This document shows, piece after piece, positions 1 to 15,830 of a DNA stretch of 64,000 nucleotides. Positions within the stretch are counted from its first letter, which is position 1, and each line of letters opens with the position of its first letter. The stretch lies in NCBI RefSeq assembly GCF_009914755.1, contig NC_060928.1. One strand, given 5' to 3'. The notes under the pieces are model-generated. The model was not told the origin of the DNA and made no database searches. It worked only from the letters and a program-made list of their open reading frames with translations. Position numbers and translations under genes: made by a program. The stretch is from the human T2T-CHM13v2.0 reference genome, Homo sapiens.

Positions 1-205
1 TTACTAGAAAGGAATACCTGAGACTGGGTAATTCATAAAGAAAAGAGGTTTAATTGGCTCATGGTTCTGCAGGCTGTACAAGCATGGCACCAACATCTGC
101 TCAGCTTCTAGGGGGAGCCTCAGGAAGCTTTTACTCATGGTGGAAGGCAAAGTAGGGGCAGGCGCATCACATGGCAAGAGAGGGAGCAAGAGAGTGACGG
201 GGGCT
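1..205 (-). mobile_element. MST-family (MSTA/MSTB-like) MaLR LTR fragment, cut by the window edge
   Basis: aaggaatacctgagactgggtaattcataaagaaaagaggtttaattggctcatggttctgcaggctg is the typical reverse-orientation MST end. Confidence 0.85.
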
Positions 206-261
206 CACATCAACCGGTTACAACATATGTGCTGAGTGTGTCATAGAACAGTTCCTCCAAA

Positions 262-576
262 CTTTTTTTTTTTTACATTTATTTATTTATTTATTTTTAA
301 AAAAGAGTCTCACTCTGTTTTCCAGGCTGGAGTTCAGTAGCATGATCTCAACTCACTGCAACCTCTGCCTCTCAGGTTCAAGTAATTCTCATGCCTCAGC
401 CTCCCAAGTAGCTGAGATTACAGTTGTGCACCACCACACCCTGCTAATTTTTTGTATTTTTAGATGGAGTTTCACTGTGCTGGCCAGGCTGGTCTCGAAC
501 TCCTGGCCTCAAGTGATCTGCTTGCCTCGGCCTCCCAAAGTGCTGGGATTACAGGAATGAGCCACCATGCCCAGCC
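262..576 (-). mobile_element. Alu (J/S type)
   Basis: T/(ttta)n tail, dimeric Alu body ending ...gccaccatgcccagcc; flanked by ccaaactt on both sides. Confidence 0.95.
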
Positions 577-1659
577 CAAACTTCTGATCTTGCATCTCTA
601 CTATTTAAAATATTTGAGAGCACAAGCCAGTCTATGAGTACCAAAAACACTCCTGATCATCCATCCTGGTCCCTGGAATGGGCCCCTGACCCGGTTAAAG
701 GACTTCCCTCGGACCCCAGCTCAATAGTTAGTATCTTATGGAGGAGATTGGGTCTTTAACAAGGCTTCTACTGTCCCAGAGCTATCGATAGTACTGCTGC
801 AGAACCTTCCCAGATGACTCAAGGGTGTCGCACAAAGCCCTGCTCAGTGCGGGTGCCAGGGCATGCTCGCCCTTAGGGCCCCACTCTTGGTCTAGAGGAA
901 ACCAGGTGGTTTCCCCATTCGACATTCATTTTCTCTTTTTTCTTGTTATAGCCTGGGAGGCAGAGTGTGGCGTGCCTGCCTGTTCACTCACACACGTTTC
1001 TTCTGCTTGTTCCAGCTGGCTCAGAGCCCAGCTGTCATGGAGCATGTTCTCTGGCATCCATGCACACACACAGGCCAGTCCTGTGCCAGGGAAACACCAT
1101 CCCAACTTTCTGCCTGCTGGACCAACTACTCACCTGCAGGGTCTCAGCCCAAATATTAGCTCCTTCCAAAGCCTTCCATGGCCCCCTTGCCAATCTTGCC
1201 ACATAGCTCCCTTCAAGATGATGATCTGATTTTGTAAGAAAATGAAAGAGGACTTTAAGTGACAATGTAATTCTTTGACAGGAAAGCAAGGCATTCAATA
1301 AACGAAAGTAGCACATTTGTGAACAAGCCTGGATGAATATTTAGTTATTTTTCAAACGTGAAATGAATGCTTTTTAAAAAATGAACTATTTTAAAGTGTT
1401 CTGAAAGACAGGTTTAAATACTTGTGCTGGTGAACTGGCATCATGTTTTCTTTTGCTTTGAATGTGAGGATGCTCAGAGCTCATGGATGTGCTTGATTCG
1501 GTGGCTTTCCTCTGCCTGGGCTTTGAAGAGAATGCTGGCCCTCTTGGTTTTGGCTTTTGTCTTCTGTGAGAGCCCATGAGGACAGCAGCTTGATGGGGTG
1601 GACAGAGCTTGGGCTTTGCAACCAGCACTGGGTCAGTCCCTGATGGCTCACTCACTAGA

Positions 1660-2535
1660 GATGTGCCTTTGACTTGGGCTCGGTTCTCCTACAGGCAGGC
1701 CTGAGACAAGATGGGAGAGCAAGTAGCTCCTCTGGACAGGATCACGAGAAATGCCAGGAGGGGAGTCAAGAGGAGACATGGGAAAGAGAAGACAGAAAAG
1801 CAACCCAGAGAGCTTGACTGAGCAGGTTAGGTCACCACGGAGGGCAACTGGGAACTAATCCCAGTAGGTATCTTTGAGAGACTGTGGAGCACACCTCAGA
1901 GCTGTCCCACCCAAGGGGGGAGGAAGCATGGGGATTTAGCTACCAGCTGCCATCAGCCACAGGGCAAGGGCTGCTCCTAGAGGCATTAGCTCCTTGGCAC
2001 CTCTGGTCTGTCCCTAGCACAGGCTGAGCCAGAGCCTGTGGCTGAAGAAACCTCTTAGGCATGTTATGGGCTGAATGTTTGCATCCTTCCAAAATCCCTG
2101 TGTTGAAACACTAGCCCTGCATGTGATTGAATTAGGAGGTGGGCCTTTGGGAGGTGATTAGGTCATGAAGGTGGAGCCCTTGGGGTGGGGTTAGTGCCCT
2201 TATAAGAAGAGACGCAAGAGTTTGCCCACTCTTTCTGCTTTTGAGCATGTGAGAATACAATGAGAAGACAGCCATCTGCAAACCAGGAAGCGGGCCCTCA
2301 TCCAACACCCAATCTGCAGGTGCCTTGGTCTTGGACTTCCCAGCCTCCAGAGCTGTGAGAAATAAAGGCTTGTTGTTTAAGCCACCCAGTCTCTGGTGTT
2401 TTTTCTTTTTCTTTTTCTTAAATAGCAGCCAGAACCGACTGAGACAGGAAGGGACCACTGGTGCTTACAGTAAGGAGCCATCAGGGATGGTGAGAACCCA
2501 GGGCGTAAGGAGGGGCAATGACAGTGTCTGCTACC
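1660..2535 (-). mobile_element. Old ERVL LTR (LTR16/LTR33-like), interrupted by MLT1A
   Basis: Motifs gcaggcctgagacaag, gggcaactgg, cacctcagagctgtcccacc, ending ...cagtgtctgctac; resumes after 2446. Confidence 0.55.
2062..2446 (+). mobile_element. MLT1A/MLT1A0 MaLR solo LTR
   Basis: Starts tgttatgggctgaatg; contains ggaggtgggcctttgggaggtgattaggtcatga and ttggacttcccagcctccagagctgtgagaaataaa; ends gactgagaca. Confidence 0.9.
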
Positions 2536-3429
2536 GACCATAAAAGTAAGAAGAACAATAAAAACGTGAATGCTAACTTCAGTGTATGGCTGGGAAATCC
2601 AATGAGGTGATACATGTGAAATCACTGTGTAAACTAAGTCATCATACCAACATTCCATTTGATACTAGGGATGGTGATGATGCCGATGACAGCAATGAAT
2701 CACATGCTAGATCACTTGCTCCATCTCCCTCATAGGAATCCCTGACCATAGATTGGGTTCCAGTAGCTTTTTAAATTTCTTTGTAAATTTCTCAGTCTTT
2801 GTAAATTTCTCAGGTGGCTAGAAGTGGCATTTCCTCAGTTTGTTGGACCTGTCCTAAGAGTCAAAAACGAAACCCTGCACAGAAGTCCCTCTCCTTCCAG
2901 CCCCGGACCCTACAACTTTCAGCAAATAAATAGAAATGCCTTTTGTTTTATTTCTAGCATTTTGAAATTCAACTTTTTGAATATATTTGCATGGGGCAAA
3001 ATTCTGGGAAACATTAAATATATTAAGAGGCATACAGTGAAACCATCTCTGGTTTTCACTCATTCAGTTCCCTTTCTCCCAAAAGTCAACATGACTACTA
3101 TTTTCTCATGCAAATTTACAAAGTGTGCATATTGTGTATTCAGATTTATTTATATTTATGTAAACCAAATTTGCATTTTCCTCTTTTCTTTTAAACAAAA
3201 GATTTGAAATAGCACAAATTGTTCTTTGCCTTCCTTTTGTCACTGGGCACTATATCCCAAGTTGTACATGAAGAGTTTTCTCTTTTTTTGTTATTATTAT
3301 TATTTTACCACCCCCAGAAATGCTACGTGGGTGTTTTCTCTTTTTTAACAGCTCTGTAATATTCCATTCAGCTTTTGATTCTAGAAAATGTGAATCATCA
3401 GCAATGGGTGAGCCTGCTATGGGGTTTAA

Positions 3430-3570
3430 ACACACGATCTTATTAACCCTTACACAGTCCCAGGAGGTAACTAGGGCCTGTAGTTATCACCGCCATTTTG
3501 CTATAAGGAATTGAGGCCCATTGAGAGATTAAGTCCTGGCCCAAGGTCATAGAGTAGGGAAGCGGCAGAC
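3430..3570 (-). mobile_element. MIR fragment
   Basis: ccattttgctataaggaattgaggccc...gcccaaggtcatagag resembles the MIR core. Confidence 0.6.
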
Positions 3571-4284
3571 CAGTCTTGGGCCTGTTGCACTACAAGTGCA
3601 TCCCTTAACCACTAGATGGCCTCCCTCTCACGGACAGACTTTGGACTATCACTAAGACAGTGAACTGAGCGGTATCCTAAGGTGCTTGGCAAAGGTCTTG
3701 GATGCCAACTTGGGTATTTCTTTGGCAATAATGCCATATTGCCTTGTGCATGCTGTGTTTTATTTCAATGCATATTAATATGATTTCCTGCATTTTTGCC
3801 TCTCAAGAATCCCATTTGAGGCATGAATTATTGGAGGAAGTTGGCGGGGGGCATTCTTAAGGACAGGCCCAAGAATTTGCAGCAGTGCTGGCAGAGTGCA
3901 GTGGAGCACTGTCCTCAGTGAGCTGAGCCCTGGGGAGCCACTGTCAACAGTAGGGGTCAGGGGCACACACTGCAGGGCCTGGAGCTGGGCCTGGGCTGGA
4001 GCCCTGCTGAGGCCAGGGAGGAGTCCAGGGCTCTGGGCCAGGAGGTAGATTTAAGGGAGGAAATTGGGAGGGGAGCTGGGAACTAAGAACAATGGGGGAG
4101 CTGGGAAGGGTGTCTGGAATCATTTGGTACAAGGCCACATTTTTCGGGTGAAAAAAACTGAAACCCAGAGCAAGGTGGTGGCAGCCCCAAGTTCACAGAG
4201 ACTGGAGCTGAACAAGAAGCCAGGCCTCATGACCCCTAATCCATTGCCCCTTCTACCAACGCTCTGAAGACACATGCACATACA

Positions 4285-4345
4285 GTGTGTGTGTGTGTGT
4301 CTGTGTGTATCTATGTTTGTGTGTCTCTGTGTATGTGTGTTTGTA
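4285..4345. repeat. Imperfect (GT)n microsatellite
   Basis: gtgtgtgtgtgtgtgtctgtgtgtatctatgtttgtgtgtctctgtgtatgtgtgt. Confidence 0.9.
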
Positions 4346-4714
4346 GTCTGGGGAAAATAAGTGTGCATGTGAACCTCTGTGTATGTGAGTCTGCAGCACA
4401 AGCTGAGGAAGGGAGAGTAAGAGGAACTCAGGGACAGGAGGAAGAACAAGGATAAAACGAAATAAAATCCAGGAATCCTTCCAGTATGCATGCAAGTCCC
4501 AGGACTTCCAATTTGGAATTTTGCCATCTTTAATTCCATGACAATGTGTGACCATATAACTGGTATTCATCTGAGGGGTTGTTGTTTATTTTTATGACTC
4601 TAGCAACTGCAGATGTGAGAGTTCTCATGCCCTTTGGCAGATTCTCAGAAGCTCTCAGTTATTAATGGTCTTGATCACACACATATGCAGGAGACGGTTG
4701 CTGTCCTTGGCTCA

Positions 4715-5187
<473 letters not shown>

Positions 5188-5284
5188 TCATTGGAAAAGC
5201 ATGTGAGGATGAAGGCAACACAGAGAAAAAAGCAGAACATAGAGAGTGATTCCAATTGATACCTTTTTGAGCACCTGGATCCAG

Positions 5285-6717
5285 CGTGTCCAGAATTGGT
5301 GGGTTCTTGGTCTCACTGACTTCAAGAATGAAACCGCGGACCCTCCGGGTGAGTGTTACAGCTCTTAAGGTGGCGCGTCTGGAGTTCGTTCCTTCTGACG
5401 TTCGGATGTGTTTGGAGTTTATTCCTCCTGGTGGGTTCGTGGTCTCGCTGGCTCAGGAGTGAAGCTGCAGACCTTTGCGGTGAGTGTTACAGCTCTTAAG
5501 GCAGCCTGTCTGGAGTTGTTGGTTCCTCCCGGTGGGCTCGTGGTCTCGCTGGCTTCAGGAGTGAAGCTGCAGACCTCCGCGATGAGTGTTACAGCTCATA
5601 AAAGCAATGTGGACCCAAAGAGCGAGCAGCGGCAAGATTTATTGCAGAGAACAAAGTTTCCACAGACTGGAAGGGGACCCCAACGGGTTGCCACTGCTAG
5701 CTCGGGCAGCCTGCTTTTTTATTCGCTTATCTGGCCCCACCCACGTCCTGCTGATTGGTAGAGCCCAGTGGTCTGTTTTGACAGGGTGCTGATTGGTGCG
5801 TTTACAATCCCTGAGCTAGATACAAAGGTTCTCCACGTCCCCATCAGATTAGTTAGATACAGAGTATGGACACAGAGGTTCTCCAAGGCCCCACCAGAGC
5901 AACTAGACACAGAGTGTGGATTGATGCACTCACAAACCCTGAGCTAGACACAGGGTGCTGATTGGTGTGTTTACAAACCTTGAGCTAGATACAGAGTGCC
6001 GATTGGTGTATTTACAATCCCTGAGCTAGACATAAAGGTTCTCCAAGGCCCCACCAGACTCAGGAGCCCAACTGGCTTCACCCAGTGAATCCCGCACTGG
6101 GGCTGCAGGTGGAGCTGCCTGCCAGTCCTGCGCCATGTGCTCCCACTCCTCAGCCCTTGGGTGATTGATGGGACTGGGCGCCGTGGAGCAGGGGGCGGCG
6201 CTCGCGGGGAGGCTTGGGCTGCACCGGAGCCCACGGAGGCGGGGGAAGGCTCAGGCATGGCCGGCTGCAGTCCCGAGCCCTGCCTCGCAGGAAGGCAACT
6301 AAGGCCGGGCGAGAAGGCAGCTAAGGCCGGGCGAGAAGCGCCGGTGGGCTGCACTGCTGGGGGACCCAGTACACCCTCCGCAGCCGCTGGCCCAGGTACT
6401 AAGCCCCTCATTGCCCGGGCCGGCAGGGCCGGCCGGCTGCTCCGAGTGCCGGGCCCGCCAAGCCCACGCCCACCCGGAACTCCAGCTGGCCGGCAGGCGC
6501 AGTGCGCAGCCCCGGTTCCCGCTGGCGCCTCTCCCTCCACACCTCCCTGCAAGCTGAGGGAGTGGGCTCGGGCCTTGGCCAGCCCACAAAGGGGCTCCCA
6601 CAGTGCAGCAGTGGGCTGAGGGGGCTCCTCAAGTGCCGCCAAAGTGGGAGCCCAGGCAGAGGAGGCGCCGAGAGCGAGCGAGGGTTATGAGGACTGCCAG
6701 CACGCTGTCACCTCTCA
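5285..6717 (-). mobile_element. LTR12C-type (ERV9) solo LTR with 4-bp TSD CCAG, inserted into an older MLT1 LTR
   Basis: Ends gtgtccagaattggtgggttcttggtctcactgacttcaagaatg and gccagcacgctgtcacctctca; tandem gctgattggtg...ctagatac units; CCAG at 5281-5284 and 6718-6721; flanks rejoin as gagcacctggatccagctgtgcctgaagc (MLT1 motif). Confidence 0.95.
5715..6006 (-). promoter_or_regulatory. LTR12C U3 promoter/enhancer module (CCAAT/NF-Y boxes plus TATA-like AATAAA), pointing leftward
   Basis: ATTGG at 5754, 5792, 5961 and 6002; minus-strand gaataaaaaagc at about 5713-5724; known ERV9 LTR architecture; activity not shown. Confidence 0.6.
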
Positions 6718-6807
6718 CCAGCTGTGCCTGAAGCAGGTAATACCTGGACTTTTAAATTACAGGAGTCTTTACATGATCTTTTCTGTGATATACATGATGA
6801 ATGAAAA

Positions 6808-7012
6808 CTAGGCTGCCTGGGTTTGAATTTTGGAGCTGCCACTTCCTAGTTGTATAACCTTGGACGAGACACTTAACCTGTTTGCCCCTCCACCATATTA
6901 TCATCTATAAAATGGGATAATGCTAGTATCTGCCTCATAGGTTGATATGAGAATTAAATGAGTTAACAAATGGAAAGCATTTAGAACAGTGCCTGGCATA
7001 GAGTCAGCATAT
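6808..7012 (+). mobile_element. MIR
   Basis: ctgcctgggtttgaat...gccacttcctagttgtataaccttgg...tcatctataaaatgggataatg...ttagaacagtgcctggcatag. Confidence 0.85.
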
Positions 7013-7034
7013 TGTCATTTTAAAAAATTATATG

Positions 7035-7345
7035 TATCAGACCGTATACTGCAATAACAGCCCCAAAGTCTTTGTGGCTTAAAATAATACAGTTTTTATT
7101 TTTGCTCATATTACATATTCAGAAATTCAGGTTGATGGAGCAGCTGCCATCTCTAATGTTGCTGGCCACCACGACAGAGGAAAACAGAATCTAGAAAAAG
7201 CCACGCTGGCTCTTAAAGCTTCTCCCCAGGATGGATAGAGGTTGCTTCTATTCATGTTTCATTGGCCAAAACAAGTCATGTGGCCACACTTAACTTCAAA
7301 AGGGAAGAAAGGGCAATCCTGCTGTGTTCCCAGAAGGAAGAGCCC
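7035..7345 (-). mobile_element. Old MLT1 (I/J/K-like) LTR fragment
   Basis: ggttgatggagcagctgccatct...catgtttcattggccaaaacaagtcatgtggccacacttaacttcaaa. Confidence 0.7.
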
Positions 7346-7469
7346 TATTGACCCCACATTATCATTGTTATTTTGTAACTGATTGAATATCAAAAAGATG
7401 CAGAAATAATTTTCTAAAAAATCTGTTTCCCTGTTTTTCTCGGGTTTTATTATATTTTATTTAAAAAAA

Positions 7470-7755
7470 TTTTTAGAGACAGGGTCTGGCTGTCACCCAG
7501 GGTAGAATACAGTGGCACGATCATAAGTCACTGCAGCCTTGAACTTCTAGGCTCAAGCCTTCCTCCCACCTTAGCCTCCCAAGTAGCTAACACCCCAGGT
7601 GTGCACCGCCATGTCCAGATAACTTTTTATTTTTTATTTCTTTTGGAGAGGCGGAGTTCTCACTATGTTGCCCAGGTTGGTCTCGAACTCCTGGCCTCAA
7701 ACAATCCTGCCTCAGCCTCTCAAAGTGCTAGGATTATAAGCATGAGCCACAGCGC
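7470..7755 (-). mobile_element. AluJ
   Basis: gagacagggtctggctgtcacccag...cactgcagccttgaacttctaggctcaagc (J-type diagnostics). Confidence 0.92.
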
Positions 7756-8039
7756 TCTGATTTTTTCTGGTTTTATATTCCCCAGGGACCAGGAGACATG
7801 ACTGAGCCATACTCTATTTACCCCACTTTTCACCAGACTACGCCAATCACTTTAAAATCTGTTGGTCCTGGTGTCCATGACCCAGGGGCCAGGACCAGGT
7901 CACTGACATTTTCAACAATCTCTTGCTGGTGAAATCCCAGAGAAGAGGAAAGAAGCTGTATCTTGGGCCCAGAGTCACAAGCAAACAAGAGAAAGAAAGA
8001 ATTGAGGGACAAAAGAAGAAAAGCTCTCCTTGAGAGAGG

Positions 8040-8430
8040 GTGGTGTCTTGGGTCTGGAGCAAAGGGCTGCGAGGGAAGCTGGACGGGGCAGGGGAAGGTG
8101 CTAAACAAGGATGTAGCATCAGCTGTGGTCTTGTTCAGCCTGACTTCATGGGCAGCTCTGAAGTGTGAGTTGCACACGGAGTGGGTCCTGCCCTGAGGCA
8201 AGGGAGCTGACCTTTTGTACCCCATGACTATGAGTCATTGGCAGTGAGCTACCTCTTGAAGGGGGGCATTCACCTTCTGGGTCAGGCAGCTCCTGTTGGG
8301 TTGGTCAAGGGCAATTCTTGGAGAAGGGGGCCACTGTGCGCTGTTCGCATCTAACCCTAGCAGGCGCTAGGGGATGCGTGCAGCAGCCCCATCAAGGGAC
8401 CTGGGTGGGGCACCAATAGCATCTACTACG
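8040..8430 (-). mobile_element. Old ERVL LTR (LTR16-like)
   Basis: ccctgaggcaagggagctgaccttttgtacccc...gggcaccaatagcatctactac. Confidence 0.55.
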
Positions 8431-9094
8431 GGTGGTCAGAAAAGCACTAGAGGGCTCATCTGCCATCTTTCCCACCCATATAACTGCACTTTCGAAGCAT
8501 GAGATATATTGACATTAGTGGGGTAAGTAATGGCATCCAATGGCTTCCCATTTACCTCCTGGATTAAACGCAAATTCTGCCATCAATGTATATTTCCAGG
8601 CTATGTCCCAGTGCTCTCCCAAACCCAGCCTATATGAAAAGTCACCTGGAAACTTGCCATCTTCTGAAGAACCTCTGTGCCTCGGATCAGGCTCTTTCTT
8701 CTGCCATGAGTGCCCTCTCTACCCCAAGACCCATGAAATTGTATCCTCACTTCAAGGCCCTTTCAAATACTAACCAATTCATAAAGCCTTTCCTAATCAC
8801 TCAACGGGATGTGAGCTTTTTTTTCTTTCTCTCAAACACTCTTTGAAACTTCAGAGTCCTTATTTTATGGAGTGGGTCCCATTCCATGAATTTGAGTCGT
8901 TTGATCAGGTTATTCCCCCAAGTCTTTTGTGAACTCTTTAGGAAGAATTGAGTCTTTTTCTCTTTGCAGCATCTGGCAAACACCCTGAAAGACAAAGGCA
9001 CTAAATTAATATATGTGTAATTGAATTGAGACTTTGCTGAGATTAAACGTCTGTGCTTAATCAAAGCCTTGTCTTATACACATCACCCATAACA

Positions 9095-9315
9095 ATAACA
9101 GGCATGTACTGAGCATTCGTTTTGTGCCAAGAACTGTGCAGAAAGGATTTTCTTCACATTAATTATCTCATTTAATTGTATTATTAATGATCTCCACCCA
9201 ACAGATGAGAAACTGAAGCTCAGAGAAGGCAAGCAACTCACCCAAAGCCACACAGGTAATAGGTGGTAACAGGGTGGAGACTCGTATGTCTAAATTCAGA
9301 GCTCATACCCCTAAC
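9095..9315 (-). mobile_element. MIR
   Basis: acagatgagaaactgaagctcagagaaggcaagcaactcacccaaagccacacag. Confidence 0.8.
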
Positions 9316-9672
9316 CTCTATGAAGCAGCTGTGATAGGGACAAGCACAGGTTTTCAATCAAAGACATGGCTTCTGATTGGGTACATCAGCAAAACTGGCA
9401 GAGACTGGCAAGCTCTGTATCCAACCCATCCCCTTTTCCTCCTGGGCAAAGAGACCAGCGATTCTCAGGTTTCAATGTGCATGTGATTCACCTGGTGCTC
9501 ACTGAGAATAGAGGAAACAAGCAGAAAACACACACGTGCACCCACCGTAACACAATGTGAGAAAGTCTATTATAGAAATATGCTCACAGTTGGGAGAAGA
9601 AGGCCGGAATGCAGACAGAGGTGCAAGGGAAGTCAGGAAAAGTGTCCCAGAAAAGGTAACCCCAGAGCTGAG

Positions 9673-9979
9673 TTTTTTTTTGTGTTTTTTTTTTTTTTTT
9701 GAGGCAGAGTCTTGCTCGACCCAGGCTGGAATGCAGTGGGTGCGATCTCGACTTCATGCAACCTCCACCTCCCAAGTTCAAGCAATTCTCCTGCCTCAGC
9801 CTCCCGAGTAGCTGGGATTACAGGCGCCCACCACCACGCCCTGCTAATTTTTTTATTTTTAGTAGAGACGGGGTTTCAGCATGTTGGCCAGGCTGGTCTT
9901 GAAATCCTGACCTCGGGTGATCCACCCATCTCAGCCTCCCAAAGTGCTGGGATTATAGGCATGTGCTACCACTTCCAGC
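9673..9979 (-). mobile_element. AluS
   Basis: Poly-T tail followed by full reverse Alu; ctgagt on both flanks. Confidence 0.95.
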
Positions 9980-10834
9980 TCTGAGTCTTAGGAAGTAGGG
10001 AGTGGGAAGAAACTGCATTACAGGTGGCAGCTTCAGCACAGACAAAGGCAAGAGAGGCGAGAGTACACGAGGGCATTTGGAGAACTGCTAACAGCTGAAT
10101 ATAGCTGGAGGGTAGAGTGAGGGTAGAGTGAGAGAAAGAGCCAGGCCTGGAGAAGTAAGAAGAGGGCAGGTCCAGGAAGCATCATTTGAACCATGTACCA
10201 AAGGTAAGGGGAACTGCTGAGGCATCTCAAGGTGAGCGAGAGTGTCGGCCTGACCTTCAAAACTTTCCTCTGCCTGCTTTTGGGAAGACTGGATTAGAGG
10301 GGCTGAAGTTAGGGGCCGCTCAGTTTATTTTTAGATGAGGAGCTTCCTGGGTCCCAGCAAGCCTCACTGCCTGGGACCCCATAGCGGGAGGCTGTCCCTA
10401 GGATTCAGATGATCCATGCAGGGCATTTCAGAGGCCAGGGAGTCACAGAGCCATACAGCCCTGGGGATGCGAAGCAGGCACCTTGAAGAAGGCCACCAGC
10501 ACATGGAGTAAAGGGGAAAGGAGGCTGAAAGTTCAAGAGGGGTGGTCTAAGACAGACCCACACAGACATCTTTTCCCTGGGATCAGTCTGCTATCTCTTC
10601 ACCAGGCCATTAGTTCTCAGCCTTTCTCCTGTTGAACATAGAAGGCACATGACCTTTGCCAGCAGGACCCATGTCTTTGATACACCCAGGGTCATACACA
10701 CTCCCTGGAGCCACCAGTACTTGCAACTGAGAGTGACATTCACAGAGGGATGACCATGAACTCACTTTAATTTACAAAATAAGTAATTCACACAAAACCA
10801 TTGATGTCTTCTCCATTGTTAGAAGTAGACTATA

Positions 10835-11060
10835 GGCTTGGAAGTCAGACAATCTCAGATTCCCATTCTGACCCCCTCACTTATAGGCTGTGTGGCGCTG
10901 GGTGAGTTACTTACCCTCTTTGAGTCTTAGCATTCTCATCTGCAGAATGGGTATGATAATAGAACTCCTATGCTGGAGGGTCCGTTAGGATTGGATCTGA
11001 TTATGCAAACTAAATGCTTGGCAATGTGCCTGCTAATGGTAAATACTCAGTAGGTGATAA
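10835..11060 (+). mobile_element. MIR
   Basis: ggcttggaagtcagac...ctgtgtggcgctgggtgagttacttaccctctttgagtcttagcattctcatctgcagaatggg. Confidence 0.8.
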
Positions 11061-11709
11061 CTGCCTTATTATGAATATTTTCTTATTCTTGTCATTAGCA
11101 ATATGCCTCACGGCCGATGGGAGCACACCTGTGGGTAATAACACCGTGGCTGCCTCTTAGCCTATTAGAGAAAGGAAAACCATTTACTCCTAATTGGTTC
11201 ACCTTTGTCCTTGAAAGTCATCATGCTGTGTTTTTTTTTTTTTAAAACATGCTGTAATTGAAAATTCAGTCTAATTCACCCAGCCCTCCCCTCCGTTCCC
11301 AATCAGTGGGACTTTTGCTGGATAGGGAACTGGGTTGTTCATAGGTTCTAAGCCAAAACCCAGCTTTAATTTCCTATTATAGGCCTGTCCTTTTTAAGAT
11401 ATGCTGGATGAAAACAACATCAGTGGTGGGGCAGAAGGAGCTAGGAATGGCCTCCTGTGCATTGACAGGGGAAGTATTCAGTCCCGTAACAATCTTTCAG
11501 CAGCCCACATACCTGGGCTCCATGTGGCTTGTACTCTCTGCCTCTCCAAGAAGCTGTTTCTCTTCACCACCCGTAGGGGGCAGAAATACCTTGATTAGGG
11601 CCCCCTCTAACAGTGTTTCCATCTGAATAAATGGGAATGCTGCCCGCTCAACCCTACAAGAATTTAATTAGTTTGGTTGTTGGCAGGTCCCCCAAAGATG
11701 AAAAGAGCA

Positions 11710-12595
<886 letters not shown>

Positions 12596-13609
12596 TCAAA
12601 AATGGCAATCTTTTATTATATTGGAATTGCACATGAAGAGCTCTGTTTTTGCCAAGGGAGATGGAGTGGAAGTTGGTTTATCCATTTGATTGCTGTAGAC
12701 TCAATTATTCAAAGGGCAAATGCAGATCTGCCTATTCCTTCAGAATATTATGCTGTCAGGAGTTATTTCCCTTAATCTTAATGTTCCCTTTATGTCCTTC
12801 AAACTCCTTCTCAATTAGAAGATGCTGTTTATTACTTCCTTATCCATGAAGCCTCAGGCTTCTTTGGTGGTTATTATGTCACAGAGAGGAATCTTGTCAA
12901 AATCAAATGGAATGGAGGCAATCGGGGGAGAACGATTTTATTTTTCATCTGATTACCATCATTTTCTCTCTCTCTCTCGGGTCTAAGAGTGGGATGGATG
13001 TAGGAAGAGGAAGGAGTTGTCCTAATATGGGTTACTGAAATGTTATTGGCCCATGTTAAATACAGAAATGGAGGGTTTAGAAATGTTTAAGGTGATTTTA
13101 CTTTGCCACAGTGTCCAAGCACCTGATCAATGGACCTGTCTTGATGAAGAGGGCAGTGGTGAGCATTTGGGGTGCTGTTGAATTTGTGTGGTGGCTCACA
13201 CACACTAGGACCACGTATCCTCCCTCAAAATTTTGGAAATTTTAAAAAACTCATCCTTAACTGCAGAGAGTTTATAAAATATGTTGTCAAAGATAACACA
13301 GCCCTAGTCACATGGTAAGGAAAAGCCAACATTCAAGAAATGCTTGGAAACTGAGAAATGTTAAAGGCAGGAGTACAAAGGAGGTGAAGAGAATGGTCAC
13401 TGTAGGTTGAGGTGAAACAGGAAGTCGATCCTTGGAGATGAATCCTCAGAGGGTCTTGAAAAAAAAAGTTGGCAAATATTAAGGGGTAGAAGGATGTTTC
13501 AAGAGAGAGGAAGCCGTGAGCGAAGGCATGGAGGCCTATGCAGAAGATGTGAAGGCCATGCACATTATTTGCTGATTGAAATAGAAAGGTCAAGAGTCTG
13601 GGTTCTACC

Positions 13610-14784
<1,175 letters not shown>

Positions 14785-15389
14785 TTAAAGGAAGAGAAGA
14801 GAGCCATTAGGCTCTGGTCCCTTCTTTGCTCTGTATAAATGTGTAATTTTGGCTAAGTCTCTGCACCCCTGGGTCTCCTCCTGCCCTTCCAGTTGGAGGC
14901 CTCGTGGCTTGCCTTTCTTGTTCTGCCTCCTCCCAGCTAATTTCCAGATTGACACCTTGTCTCCTCTTCCTGAGTCAATGTTTCTTTCGCACTGCGCCCT
15001 GATAGCTGATCTCTTTGGCTTAATGCCCCTTGAGATCTGGGCCACCATGGAGGTTTTTGTCCAGCATCCAGGACATTTTTTGCCGACTTGGGCTTGTACT
15101 CCAAACACATCAAGGTAATTCACATTTATTGAAGTCCTACTCTGTGCCAGCACTGCTCTTGATCTTTTCAATAACCTAAAAGGTAACTTCTCCAATGTGT
15201 GTGGTCTACTCTCACTATTATCTCCACACAAATTTCAGTGGCTCCAAAGCCCTACTTCCTTGATCAGAGAAAGTTCAATATTTAGTGGATCATACCTTCA
15301 TGTGAGAAAACTCAGGACCACCTAAACACGGATCCTACTTGGTTGTCCACTTATAGCTATGGATCACAGAGCTAGGATTTTTGGCTTCA

Positions 15390-15830
<441 letters not shown>

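Noticed and set aside
2778-2813. Short tandem duplication tctttgtaaatttctcag twice (also gaatgctgctag about three times at 29397-29437)
   Set aside because: Ordinary slippage micro-duplications with no further structure.
4054-4110. G-run cluster that might form a G-quadruplex (similar cluster at about 31131-31167)
   Set aside because: Irregular or long loops and no functional context; such motifs are very common.
5971-6690. Overlapping 100-223 aa Pro/Ala/Gly-rich ORFs
   Set aside because: They lie entirely within the GC-rich LTR12C, where stop codons are scarce.
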